Positions 41,126-50,867 are shown, counted from the first letter of the stretch. The stretch: 64,000 nt of DNA from an uncultured Gammaproteobacteria bacterium (GCA_964392925.1 CAYMRP010000004.1:7184-71183); one strand, 5' to 3'. Notes: generated by a model not told the origin, from the sequence alone. Numbers and translations are program-made.

Positions 41126-41446
41126 CTAAATCGCATTAATTTTCGCAGCCATCACAAAATCATTTTCGGTTAATCCTTTAGCTGCATGAGTCGTTAAAGA
41201 AACATTCACTTTATCATAAGAAATACTTAGATCTGGGTGATGTCCTTCCTCTTCCGCAATATCCGCCACCTTATTTACAAAACTCATTGACTCTTTGAAA
41301 TTTTTAAATTTGTAATCCTTACGGATGGTGTCGCCCACCAAAAACCAATTCTCAACCAGCAGCATATATTCTTTAATTTTATTTATCTCTAATTTCCCTT
41401 CACCGTTTTCACAGGGGACACAATGTTTTTTAGTTAAATCACTCAT
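41126..41446 (-). CDS. Pterin-4-alpha-carbinolamine dehydratase
   Basis: FKNF, EEEGHHPD, TTH..GLTENDF. Confidence 0.93.
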   Translation of the reverse strand: MSDLTKKHCVPCENGEGKLEINKIKEYMLLVENWFLVGDTIRKDYKFKNFKESMSFVNKVADIAEEEGHHPDLSISYDKVNVSLTTHAAKGLTENDFVMAAKINAI

Positions 41447-41451
41447 TAAAA

Positions 41452-42678
41452 TTATACTACCACAGGTGATTGATACTTGCGAAGATGAGGCACTCTCCAG
41501 GCAATCAACAAAGTTAGCGCCACAGTAATAATTCCTCCTGATACAACTGAAAAAGGTGCTCCAAAAAACTGAGCTAAAAATCCGGCTTCTGCCTCTCCTG
41601 CCATTGGTCCGCCCTGAACAAATATTGTATTAACTGCAATCATCCGTCCTTTAATATGATCAGGAGTTAACATTTGTCGAATTGTATTTCTCAAAACCGT
41701 TGAAATCATATCTCCGACCCCGACCAAACTCAGAAAAACCAAAGCTAAAACAAACGAGTTCGATAATCCAAACGCTGTCGTTGCCGCGCCGTACAATATA
41801 ACCCCTCCTAGAATCCACATTCCCTGATTCTTTAAATTATGAACCGAAGCTAAGACCAGTCCGGCAATAGTCGATCCAATTGCCGGTGCAGAATATAAAA
41901 GCCCGAGTCCTCTCGGTCCGGTTTCAAAAATATCTTTTGCAAATATCGGCAGTAGAGTGGTCGCTGAAGAAAAGAAGTTGGCTATAAAATCTAAAGTCAT
42001 TGTATAAATTAAAATCTCATTAGTAAAAACAAAATGAATTCCTTCCCACATTGATTTAAATGAATATGAAACTTCTTTAACTATTTCGTGCGGTTCAATA
42101 TGTATCGGAATCAAAAGAAAAATATAAATTATAAATGTCACAGCATTAAATAAGTAAACTCCTTCTACCCCAAAAAATTCAATCGTAAATCCTGCAATCG
42201 CTGGCCCTAACATCATCGAGATTTGTCTGCTGATTGTTTGTAAAGAAAACGCATTAACAAAATATTCACGGGTTACCAGTTGCGGAATAATCGATTGTCT
42301 AGCTGGCCCTTGAAGTGATCTCGCCCCAAAACTCAGGAAAACTAAAATATAAATTGCCAAAGGAGTAATTGTATTACTAAAAGTCATCACCATTAAAATA
42401 ACTGCGAATATAGCCGGTATAATTTGTGAAATTAGCAGAAGTTTTTTACGGTTTAATTTATCAACAATCAGTCCCGCCGGCAGAGAAAAAATAATAATTG
42501 CTAGGAAAGCTGATAACCCCACAAACCCCAAAGAAGCAGCTGAATCAGTCAGTTCGTAAACCTGCCAATTTATAGCCACAATTTGCATAGCTGAACCAAT
42601 CTCAGAAAAAGTTGTCCCAAAATAATAAAGTCTAAAATCCGGAAATTTTAAAGATGAAAATGTTTTCAGTTTATGCAT
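41452..42678 (-). CDS. MFS transporter (MFS_3/DHA3-like)
   Basis: 12-TM pattern, D..NRKK motif A; start codon uncertain. Confidence 0.9.
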   Translation of the reverse strand: MHKLKTFSSLKFPDFRLYYFGTTFSEIGSAMQIVAINWQVYELTDSAASLGFVGLSAFLAIIIFSLPAGLIVDKLNRKKLLLISQIIPAIFAVILMVMTFSNTITPLAIYILVFLSFGARSLQGPARQSIIPQLVTREYFVNAFSLQTISRQISMMLGPAIAGFTIEFFGVEGVYLFNAVTFIIYIFLLIPIHIEPHEIVKEVSYSFKSMWEGIHFVFTNEILIYTMTLDFIANFFSSATTLLPIFAKDIFETGPRGLGLLYSAPAIGSTIAGLVLASVHNLKNQGMWILGGVILYGAATTAFGLSNSFVLALVFLSLVGVGDMISTVLRNTIRQMLTPDHIKGRMIAVNTIFVQGGPMAGEAEAGFLAQFFGAPFSVVSGGIITVALTLLIAWRVPHLRKYQSPVVV

Positions 42679-42770
42679 CACAAATAGAAATTTTAGCAAA
42701 ATACGGTATCCGGTTAAATGAGCAGGGTTTCATATTTAGGAAGGTTTCTGATAAAATTCCCTTTGTAGCT

Positions 42771-42842
42771 TATTGCGGATTCGTCTAGCGTGAATACGCC
42801 AGACGAAAACTGCTATGTTTGTTCATATTGCGGATTCGTCTA
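42771..42842 (+). repeat. 17-bp direct repeat duplicating the tRNA-Gln 5' end
   Basis: TATTGCGGATTCGTCTA at 42771-87 and 42826-42. Confidence 0.92.
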
Positions 42843-42899
42843 ATGGTAGGACGACAGATTCTGGATCTGTCTATTGGGGTTCGAATCCCTGATCCGCAG
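42829..42899 (+). tRNA. tRNA-Gln(CTG), CCA not encoded
   Basis: Acceptor TGCGGAT/ATCCGCA, anticodon arm ACAGA-TTCTGGA-TCTGT, T-loop TTCGAAT. Confidence 0.97.
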
Positions 42900-42928
42900 C
42901 AAAGTATTGAGTTCTGGTATTATTAATT

Positions 42929-43099
42929 ATGTCCAGAAAATTCTTGGTTTTAACCGGCATGACAATAGGTTCGCTTATTGGAGGATATATCCCGGTTTTA
43001 TTTGGAGCGGATCTATTTTCATACTCCTCGATTATTTTTAACGCCATTGGCGGTCTTACTGGAATTTGGATTTCTTATAAATTAACCCAAGGTTTCTGA
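42929..43099 (+). CDS. 56-aa Gly-rich two-TM membrane protein, not in ORF track
   Basis: MSRKFLVLTGMTIGSLIGGYIPVLFGADLFSYSSIIFNAIGGLTGIWISYKLTQGF. Confidence 0.75.
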   Translation: MSRKFLVLTGMTIGSLIGGYIPVLFGADLFSYSSIIFNAIGGLTGIWISYKLTQGF

Positions 43100-43137
43100 A
43101 TATTGAACTAGATTTTAATTTATGAAATAGTTAATTT

Positions 43138-43665
43138 ATGTTTAAGCCTCAATCGCCTATTAAGCAATCCGGCTTTAGCCTCCTTTTTATAATTTTGGTT
43201 ATTGCCGCTTTTATTGTTGCGGGGAGTACTGCCGCTTATTTTATGATCATAGAAAACAACTACAAAGAAACTCCAGTTCCTCCGGTTCGGTATCAAACTC
43301 CTGAAGAAAAAGCAGAGGAATCAAAAAAAATGAACAAAAACCCTTTGTATGATGGAGCAACATTGGCCAATCCGGCTTCTGAATACTGTATTAAAGCCGG
43401 TGGAACCCTTCAGAGCGAAACCCGGGGTGATGGTGGGGAGTACAGCATTTGTAATTTCGAGGATGATCAATCCTGCGAAGAGTGGGCGCTTTTTAGAAAG
43501 CAATGTCCGGTAGGAGGAGTTAAAACAATCGGATACGATAATCCTGAAGAAGTTTACTGCGTTCAGATCGGGGGACAAACAACAGCAGTCTCAGATTCTA
43601 AATGTACTCTACCCGGAGGAAAAGTTTGTTCTAATCTAGATTTATACAACGGCAAATGCCAATGA
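43138..43665 (+). CDS. DUF333 domain protein with pilin-like N-terminus
   Basis: ANPASEYC..AGG...C...CEEWALFR, repeated; QSGF plus hydrophobic helix. Confidence 0.88.
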   Translation: MFKPQSPIKQSGFSLLFIILVIAAFIVAGSTAAYFMIIENNYKETPVPPVRYQTPEEKAEESKKMNKNPLYDGATLANPASEYCIKAGGTLQSETRGDGGEYSICNFEDDQSCEEWALFRKQCPVGGVKTIGYDNPEEVYCVQIGGQTTAVSDSKCTLPGGKVCSNLDLYNGKCQ

Positions 43666-44255
43666 CAAAAATAGCCAGAGCCTACTTCTTAATTTTTGGT
43701 TTCCTTGATCTGATTGCTGCTGGTACTGCCTTCTTCCTTTCACTGAAGGTTATAGTCTTTTACTTCAGCTATTTTACTGTTCTAAGTAATTTGCTGATTA
43801 TTTCGGTTTTTATATATCTCGGAATTCATAATCCCAAAAGAACTTCCGGAACTTTTGACTCAATTCGCGCTGCCGCAACTCTATACATGACAATCACCGG
43901 GGTCATATATTGGTCTATACTAGTCAACCAGCATTCGCTTTCATTGGATCCCTGGATTAACTTAACTTTGCACGGAGTTACGCCGATTGCATCTGTAGTA
44001 GCCTGGGTTCTATTTCCTATAAAGACTAAACTAAAATCTAAAAATGTTTTACACTGGTTAATTTTCCCTTTACTATTCGTCGGCTACACACTAATCCGTG
44101 GTTACTTTATAAATTGGTATCCATATCCTTTCTTTAATCCAGTTACATCAGGGAGCTATCTGCAGGTATTTGTAAACACCGCAATTATCCTCATCGGAGC
44201 CTGGATAGCCGGACTGATATTAGTTTATATAAATAATATATCTAGAAAAAAGTAA
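43656..44255 (+). CDS. Pr6Pr (FAR-17a/AIG1-like) membrane protein
   Basis: FSYFTVLSN, LH...P, WYPYPFFNP. Confidence 0.85.
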   Translation: MPMTKIARAYFLIFGFLDLIAAGTAFFLSLKVIVFYFSYFTVLSNLLIISVFIYLGIHNPKRTSGTFDSIRAAATLYMTITGVIYWSILVNQHSLSLDPWINLTLHGVTPIASVVAWVLFPIKTKLKSKNVLHWLIFPLLFVGYTLIRGYFINWYPYPFFNPVTSGSYLQVFVNTAIILIGAWIAGLILVYINNISRKK

Positions 44256-44272
44256 CCCAGTTGTTATAAATC

Positions 44273-45226
44273 TTGATGTCTGATACCTTACAGATTATGT
44301 CAAATTCTCAAACAACATCTACTTTAGTTATGGTCTCTCCAAATCATTTTGGCTTTAATGCTCAAACTGCTGGCAGTAATATTTTTCAGCATCAAATATC
44401 AGCCTCCGATAGTGATATCCAGCAAAAAGCACTTCTTGAATTTAATAACTCGGTTGAGATTTTAAAAGCCTCGGGAATAAATGTTCTCATTCTTGATAGT
44501 CGTCAGGATGTAATCACTCCAGATTCAATATTTCCTAATAACTGGTTCTCCCATCACTCAGATGGCAGACTTGTCGTTTATCCGATGCTTGCTCCTAACA
44601 GAAGACTAGAAAGGCAAACTCAAAATCTCGAGGAACTCCTCAAAAGTAATGGCGCTAGGCTGACTGAAACCTTAAACTTAGCGTCCGACGAAAATCAGGG
44701 CCATATCCTTGAAGGCACAGGCAGTCTAGTTTTAGATCGGGAAAATAAAGTCGCATTTGCAATGGAATCACCCCGTACTACGAAGGAAGAATTTGATAAA
44801 TGGTGCAATCTTATGAATTACGACGGGATTTTCTTTCATGCTTATGATAAAAACGGTTTTCCGATCTACCATACCAATGTCACAATGAGTATAGGTAAGG
44901 AATATGCTGTTATTTGTCTGGACTCAATAACAGATGTAAGAGAAAGAGAAGAAGTCCAGGAAAGGCTGGCTTCCTTAGACAAAGAAATAATAGCTCTCAC
45001 CAGGGATCAAATATATAATTACTGTGGTAACACTCTTCAGCTTCAATCTACAGATAATACCCCCAAGATAGTAATGTCAAAAACTGCATTCAATGGTTTT
45101 AATCCGGATCAGATTAAATCTCTTAAAAAATTCGGGGAAATAATTGAACTCGATATTCCAACAATCGAAACTATCGGTGGAGGATCAGCCCGCTGCATGC
45201 TTGCCGAAGTCTTCTTGCAAGATTAA
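44273..45226 (+). CDS. Amidinotransferase/arginine deiminase-related (CtlX-like) protein
   Basis: PDSIFPNNWFS, LEGTGS, YHTN, GGGSARCMLAE. Confidence 0.9.
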   Translation: MMSDTLQIMSNSQTTSTLVMVSPNHFGFNAQTAGSNIFQHQISASDSDIQQKALLEFNNSVEILKASGINVLILDSRQDVITPDSIFPNNWFSHHSDGRLVVYPMLAPNRRLERQTQNLEELLKSNGARLTETLNLASDENQGHILEGTGSLVLDRENKVAFAMESPRTTKEEFDKWCNLMNYDGIFFHAYDKNGFPIYHTNVTMSIGKEYAVICLDSITDVREREEVQERLASLDKEIIALTRDQIYNYCGNTLQLQSTDNTPKIVMSKTAFNGFNPDQIKSLKKFGEIIELDIPTIETIGGGSARCMLAEVFLQD

Positions 45227-45249
45227 TCGATCCATGGAATACTTAATTA

Positions 45250-45615
45250 ATGCCCTTTAACCTCCTTTACGACATCTCAGTGATTGTTAAACTCGGGACA
45301 TTCGTCGATGCGCTTGGAATCTTAATCATCGTCTTTGGTCTGGTCTTGTCTGTCTTAATTTTCTTTAAAGATTGGTTTAAAGAAAGCGCTCTAAAGAATT
45401 CTTATATCCGGCTGCGTCAAAATCTTGGTCGGGCTATTCTGCTCGGATTAGAATTCCTTGTTGCTGGTGACATAATTAGATCAGTTGGGGGCGCGAACCC
45501 AAGCTTTACTAGTATCGGTATACTTGGACTAATCGTCATTATCCGTACCTTCCTCAGCTTTACATTCGAGCTAGAAGTTGAAGGCCGCTGGCCTTGGCAA
45601 AAGAAGTCTTCGTAA
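45250..45615 (+). CDS. DUF1622 membrane protein
   Basis: LGRAILLGLEFLVAGDII, IRTFLS..LE.EGRWPWQ. Confidence 0.92.
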   Translation: MPFNLLYDISVIVKLGTFVDALGILIIVFGLVLSVLIFFKDWFKESALKNSYIRLRQNLGRAILLGLEFLVAGDIIRSVGGANPSFTSIGILGLIVIIRTFLSFTFELEVEGRWPWQKKSS

Positions 45616-45690
45616 TTAATCTGTTTTTACTTTCTGGATATAGCTCAAATCTTAATAGGAACAAGGATATACTCTAAACAGGAGTATTAT

Positions 45691-46788
45691 TTAGCGGTTA
45701 ACCCAATCACAATCAAGCATTCTATAAGTAAACTCGAATCTTCCAAACTTAAATACTTTTGGCTTGAATTCGCATACCAAATGTTTTCTTGGTCTTGGTG
45801 TAGCTGATGGGCTTGGAGTTACTGAAGGCTGTACAGTTGCTGAGGGTGAAGCACTTGGACTAACTGATGGGCTGGCAGAGGCTGAAGCTGAAGGAGATGG
45901 AGATACTGATGGGCTGGCAGATGGACTTGAAGTTGGGGTCGCGCTTGGAGAAGCACTAGGACTTGCAGACGCTGATGCACTGGGACTAGCTGATGGTGAA
46001 GCAGAAGGAGATGCAGATGCTGAAGCTGATGGGCTTGGGGATACCGATGGACTTGCCGAGGCCGATGCGCTTGGCGATGCCGAAGCACTAGCTGAAGGTT
46101 GACTCGAAGTAGAAGGCGCAGGTGAAGCGCTTGGATTTTCTGTATTCGAAGATGAATTTTGAGGATCGGGTGCAGTTCTATTTATAAAGTCGAGTAAATT
46201 ATCATCGGTGTCCTCACCGTTACCCAATAAAACATCAGCTCCAGTCTGCATTGATGCATTTGTCGAAGCTGAATTAGCTTTTCTCTCAACACTTCCGTTT
46301 GAAGGCGGATTACCCTTGGCTGCAGTTTCAAAATCATTTGCAGACCCAAGCCCAACTTTATCAATTAATACATCAGATCCATTCTTTAAATAGATAGTAT
46401 TATTAGATGAGATTGGATCAGCATTGTATGTGAGATCCTCAGTCACAGAACCCAGATAATCAGTATGAGCAATTAGATAATATCCATGAGAATTAATTGA
46501 AGTCCCGCCGGGTATAGTTGCTACCAGCACTTGATCAACCGCCGGATCCCCGCCTGCAGTTTTCTTCATTAATTTCCAGCCGCCAATATTAACAGCACTA
46601 GCGGTTGGATTATAAAGCTCAATAAATTCATTTGCTCCATCTCCGGTTAATCCGATTTGAAGTTCAGAGATAACAACATGACCAGCAGTAGCCGATTGAA
46701 CAAGATTAGGTTTTGCCAAGGAGATAACAGCAGTAACTAGAAGAAAAATATTAATTATAAAAAGCCAGGACAGTTTAGCTTTTTGCAT
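45691..46788 (-). CDS. Secreted lamin-tail-domain protein with long Ser/Ala/Pro linker
   Basis: Signal peptide; VVISE..EFIELYNPT..GWKL; about 100-aa (SA/SP)n tract. Confidence 0.85.
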   Translation of the reverse strand: MQKAKLSWLFIINIFLLVTAVISLAKPNLVQSATAGHVVISELQIGLTGDGANEFIELYNPTASAVNIGGWKLMKKTAGGDPAVDQVLVATIPGGTSINSHGYYLIAHTDYLGSVTEDLTYNADPISSNNTIYLKNGSDVLIDKVGLGSANDFETAAKGNPPSNGSVERKANSASTNASMQTGADVLLGNGEDTDDNLLDFINRTAPDPQNSSSNTENPSASPAPSTSSQPSASASASPSASASASPSVSPSPSASASASPSASPSASPSASASASPSASPSATPTSSPSASPSVSPSPSASASASPSVSPSASPSATVQPSVTPSPSATPRPRKHLVCEFKPKVFKFGRFEFTYRMLDCDWVNR

Positions 46789-46875
46789 CTATGTAAACTT
46801 TATACATTATCTTATCCATAGTCTGTCAATACTGTCAAAATATATCAAACGCCAATCGAATCTGAAAAATGAAAA

Positions 46876-48066
46876 CTATATTTTAGTTGGGTTTATCCGG
46901 ATAATCCGGTCATCCGAAGCCCCAGCCACACCTCGGCCATCCCTGTTGCTGGTTGTTATGTAAAGCATCCCGTCAGGTCCTTGAATCACTTCTCGAATTC
47001 GTCCATATCTGCCTTTTAATAATTCCTCAACAGTTCTTATTCTCCCATTCTCAATTTTTGATCTATATAAAGCTTGGGCTCGAAGTCCGCTAAAATATAA
47101 GTTCTCCCCAACAACTGCAGTTCCACCAGGAGCCCAGGCAACCGAAGGCGTTGAATTCTTAATCGGAGTTACCATACCGTCTCTGGTCTGTTCTCCCTGA
47201 ATTTCCGGCCATCCATAATTCTTTCCTGCTTCGATAAAATTAACTTCGTCATTCCCAGTCCCTAAGCTTCCGCCAGAAGGTCCGTGCTCTGTTTCCCATA
47301 AATTGCCATTACTATCCCAATCAATTCCCTGCGGATTTCTATGCCCAAAAGAATAAACCTGACTGTTGTTCAAATTCCCCGGAACTCCCTCACCAGTTTC
47401 TGGATTAACTCTTAAAATCTTTCCAGCATCTGACATCGTGTCCTGCGCCAGAGATGGTTCTTGCGCATCTCCGGTAGTTATATATAAGTAGTTATCCGGA
47501 CCAAACTTAATTCTTCCGCCATTATGATTTGATGCTCCGGGTATTCTATCTAAAAGAATTTTTTCCTCCGCTAATTTACCATCTGTATATTTCATACTGA
47601 CAACTCTATTTTGGGTATTATCTCCCTCAGCAGCATATGTGTAATAAAGATAAACTAAATTGTTCTCTGAAAACTTCGGATGCAAAGCCAGTCCGAGTAA
47701 CCCTCCCTCACCAATTTCTTTAACCGTTGAAATAGTTGCCACTGGTGCTTCCTGAAGTGTGCCATTCTTTTGAACTAATCTCACAGTCCCTTTTCTTTCA
47801 GTTACCAACATATCTCCAGAAGGCAAAAACGCAATCGCCCAAGGTGTATCAAGCCCTTCTACAATAATCGTTTCTGCCAGAATATTCGCACTAGTTTGCG
47901 CACTCGGACTTCCGGAGTTTGGATCATCAGGACTATTTATTAAATCGCTTAACTTCGGTGTGTCAGTATTATCCGGCTTTAATCCGTAAAGAGTAGGGTA
48001 GAGATAATATAGTGCTCCCGCCCCGGCTATTAAAACTACCAGAATAACCGCAGTCAAAATTTTCAT
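46876..48066 (-). CDS. PQQ-dependent glucose/sorbosone dehydrogenase
   Basis: PWAIAFLP, GEGGLLG, HNGGRIKFGPD, GHRNPQG, NYGWP. Confidence 0.95.
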   Translation of the reverse strand: MKILTAVILVVLIAGAGALYYLYPTLYGLKPDNTDTPKLSDLINSPDDPNSGSPSAQTSANILAETIIVEGLDTPWAIAFLPSGDMLVTERKGTVRLVQKNGTLQEAPVATISTVKEIGEGGLLGLALHPKFSENNLVYLYYTYAAEGDNTQNRVVSMKYTDGKLAEEKILLDRIPGASNHNGGRIKFGPDNYLYITTGDAQEPSLAQDTMSDAGKILRVNPETGEGVPGNLNNSQVYSFGHRNPQGIDWDSNGNLWETEHGPSGGSLGTGNDEVNFIEAGKNYGWPEIQGEQTRDGMVTPIKNSTPSVAWAPGGTAVVGENLYFSGLRAQALYRSKIENGRIRTVEELLKGRYGRIREVIQGPDGMLYITTSNRDGRGVAGASDDRIIRINPTKI

Positions 48067-48128
48067 ATATATTAAATGCTAACACGTTATTGTAAGAGAA
48101 ATATCAGCAAACTGCTCAGTATCTGTAA

Positions 48129-48590
48129 TTAACGATTAGAAGCACTAGGCGAAGACTGATTCATTCTATTTTGCTGGGGATTTATCTGAATATTTTGTGC
48201 AGTTACAGTCCCGTTATTATCTGCTCCAAAAACCCCAACGCGCGTGCCAACAGTCAAATCGGTTTTAGAACCTGCATCAGATTTATTTATAGAAGTCGAA
48301 TCAGAAACCAAAACAATCTTCGAGCTGCCGTCCTCCATTTTTACAGTTATAGAATTTTCATCTGCTGCAATAATCTCTCCGGTAACCGGCCTCATTCCCT
48401 GATTCATCATTCTTGTTCCCTGACCATTACCTCCACCTCTTTGTCCGCCAGTCATCATAAAATTCCCCTGACGGTCCCCGCCAAAAGCCGCCGTCCGCTG
48501 CGACTTTTGAAACTGCATCCCGCCAAAAAACCCCAGCCCTGCAAAAACTAGGGAAGCAATAACAACAGGAACAACAATTTCTTTTTTCAT
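48129..48590 (-). CDS. Membrane-anchored OB-fold-like protein (DUF5666-like)
   Basis: GFFGGMQ, Gly-rich linker, GEII..D..SITVK..DGSSKIV; start MKKEIVV preferred. Confidence 0.75.
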   Translation of the reverse strand: MKKEIVVPVVIASLVFAGLGFFGGMQFQKSQRTAAFGGDRQGNFMMTGGQRGGGNGQGTRMMNQGMRPVTGEIIAADENSITVKMEDGSSKIVLVSDSTSINKSDAGSKTDLTVGTRVGVFGADNNGTVTAQNIQINPQQNRMNQSSPSASNR

Positions 48591-48625
48591 ACGTACTTTA
48601 TTGATGAGATTATAACAATACAAAC

Positions 48626-48643
48626 CTGAAAGAATGCTTAAGA
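48626..48643 (-). promoter_or_regulatory. Putative response-regulator direct-repeat site 1
   Basis: Plus-strand CTGAAAGAATGCTTAAGA, 11 nt from a minus-strand TATAAT. Confidence 0.65.
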
Positions 48644-49570
48644 AGCTGCGGGCGCATCTATTGACTGCTGCGCTAAAACAACATCTGTAATAACTATCTC
48701 CGGTTTTCTGTAAAGCGATTTCCGTTTTATAACCCCGGTCATTAAAGCTTGTTGTTTGTAAAAAGGCATATAGTCTTCAGAATTTTTTCCAACTGCAGGA
48801 TATGCAACCAATAGGGAATATGTTTCAGGTAAATCAAATGCTTTGAATTTAAGGCTTTCGCCCTGTGTGCTTTGAAGCGCTTTGATCTCTCCTAGAAGGC
48901 TGACTTCAGTTCCCTCAGTTAGCTCTGGGAGAATCTCTTCTTCCTCTGCAAGATAATCCTCAAAATTACTCTCATTAATTAAAACTCCGTTTTCATAAGA
49001 AGACTCCTCACTTACTAAAATAGATTCTGTCTGATTTTCTATTACAGGTAAAAGAACTTTTTTATATCCACCTTGATTTATAGTCCGATGTAAATTGCGA
49101 GCATACTTTGGCGGAATGTCTCCTTCGCTTGGGTCTCTGACAACGGGATGGTTTTTCATCAAAGGTGAAATCCGAAGCATCTTTATAAAATAATGTCTTA
49201 TAAACTCATAACTCACCATCAAAAGCATGGGGTGGGCAGCCATAAACTGCTCAACATTTGTATAACCGTCACTAGCTAAATTGAGTATGTTTTGGACATC
49301 TTTAGGGGCCTCACTTTTTACGAACTGTAGAAAAGTAATAAAATCTTGAATATTTTGGAACGGAAGATTTGATAGCAATTCCAGCGTGAGCTCTACGTCT
49401 ATAGAGCCTTCCGATATTTTTGTTGTCATAACTGAAAGCTCTCCTTCAATTTCTGCTATCCCAACGAAAGTTTTTAGGAGTTTTTGAAAACCAATGAACG
49501 ACTCCCCAAGAAGTTCAAGATTTAGGCCTTGAGAGCTGGAGTTGTATTTAATATAAAGTTTTGTTTTCAT
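48638..49570 (-). CDS. Hypothetical protein within the transporter locus
   Basis: 310-aa ORF; no recognised motif. Confidence 0.75.
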   Translation of the reverse strand: MKTKLYIKYNSSSQGLNLELLGESFIGFQKLLKTFVGIAEIEGELSVMTTKISEGSIDVELTLELLSNLPFQNIQDFITFLQFVKSEAPKDVQNILNLASDGYTNVEQFMAAHPMLLMVSYEFIRHYFIKMLRISPLMKNHPVVRDPSEGDIPPKYARNLHRTINQGGYKKVLLPVIENQTESILVSEESSYENGVLINESNFEDYLAEEEEILPELTEGTEVSLLGEIKALQSTQGESLKFKAFDLPETYSLLVAYPAVGKNSEDYMPFYKQQALMTGVIKRKSLYRKPEIVITDVVLAQQSIDAPAAS

Positions 49571-49636
49571 AAAAAAACCACCTCATGGGTGGATAATGTA
49601 AACTAGCATAATTGGATTTATATATCAATCTATTCT

Positions 49637-50857
49637 CTATTCATACCTTAACGCTTCAATCGGTTGCAAATTCGCCGCTCTCCTCGCCGGATACCATCCA
49701 AACAAAATCCCAATCCCCGCCGAAACCACAAACGCCAGTCCTATCGCTTGCGCCGAAACCACAAATGCCGATCCGGTAAAATATGAAATTAAATAAGAGG
49801 CGAGTACCCCGACACCAATTCCAATAACCCCTCCGACGAAAGTCAAAATAATTGATTCAACTAAAAACTGCGTTACTATCGTATTTTTCTTTGCACCGAG
49901 TGCTTTTCTCAAACCAATTTCTCTGGTTCTTTCTGTAACCGTCACCAGCATAATATTCATAATCCCAATCCCTCCAACGAGTAATGAAATCGCTGCAACT
50001 CCAGCAAGCAGTGTCGTAAAAGTTCCGGTCGTTGCTGAAACTGTATTTAATAAATCCTGCTGATTAAAAATCGAAAAATCTTTATTTGCCGGATCTGAAA
50101 TTTTATGACGGGCAAGTAATAAATAACCAACTTGATTTTGAGCTTCAACCATCACATCCGCCGACTTTGCTTCAACAGCAATAGAGGATAAATTATCAAC
50201 TCCAAACAATTGTTTTTGGGCTGTAGATAAAGGCACCCAAATTATATCGTCCTGATTTTGAAATCCGGTTCCACCTTTTGAAGTTGTTACTCCAATCACC
50301 GTTAAATTCTGGCCATTAATTCTAATAGTTTGTCCAACCGGATTTGCACCTTCCCCAAACAAATTAGAAACTACAGTTGGTCCAAGAACTGCAACTTTGG
50401 AAATTGAATCAACCTGGTTTTGAGTTATAAAATTTCCCTGCGCCATGGTAGTTTTTCTAATTTCTGCATAAGAGGGTGTCACCCCAACAATAGAAGTATT
50501 AGTATTTGCATTCCCGGTCGTAACCTGACTTCGACCTTGGTATTCTGGAGAAACATTCGCCACAGTTGTAATTTGCGCAGAATTTTTAATTGCCTCTGCA
50601 TCCCCTGAAGTTAAAGTTGTTCCTCCGCCAGCCGCTCCCTGAATTCCTCCCGAGCGTTGACCCGATGGTTGAACAGTTAACAAATTTGATCCAAGCGATT
50701 GAATTTGTGATTGAATAGATTGAGATGTTGCCTGTCCAAGTGAAATCAGGGCAATAACCGACCCAATACCAATCACAATTCCCAAAGTCGCAAGACCTGT
50801 CCGCAGCTTATTAACTGCCAAAGTCCCAAATGCATCTGTAATTATTTCGATATCCAT
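49637..50857 (-). CDS. MacB/FtsX-type ABC permease
   Basis: LGIVIGI, ISLLVGGIGIMNIMLVTVTERTREIG, PIEALRYE. Confidence 0.96.
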   Translation of the reverse strand: MDIEIITDAFGTLAVNKLRTGLATLGIVIGIGSVIALISLGQATSQSIQSQIQSLGSNLLTVQPSGQRSGGIQGAAGGGTTLTSGDAEAIKNSAQITTVANVSPEYQGRSQVTTGNANTNTSIVGVTPSYAEIRKTTMAQGNFITQNQVDSISKVAVLGPTVVSNLFGEGANPVGQTIRINGQNLTVIGVTTSKGGTGFQNQDDIIWVPLSTAQKQLFGVDNLSSIAVEAKSADVMVEAQNQVGYLLLARHKISDPANKDFSIFNQQDLLNTVSATTGTFTTLLAGVAAISLLVGGIGIMNIMLVTVTERTREIGLRKALGAKKNTIVTQFLVESIILTFVGGVIGIGVGVLASYLISYFTGSAFVVSAQAIGLAFVVSAGIGILFGWYPARRAANLQPIEALRYE

Positions 50858-50867
50858 AAAAAAATTA

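Noticed and set aside
45764-46102. 112-aa Gly/Ala/Asp/Glu repeat ORF on + and 89-aa Gln/His/Leu ORF on -
   Set aside because: Shadow frames of the Ser/Ala/Pro linker of the lamin-tail protein
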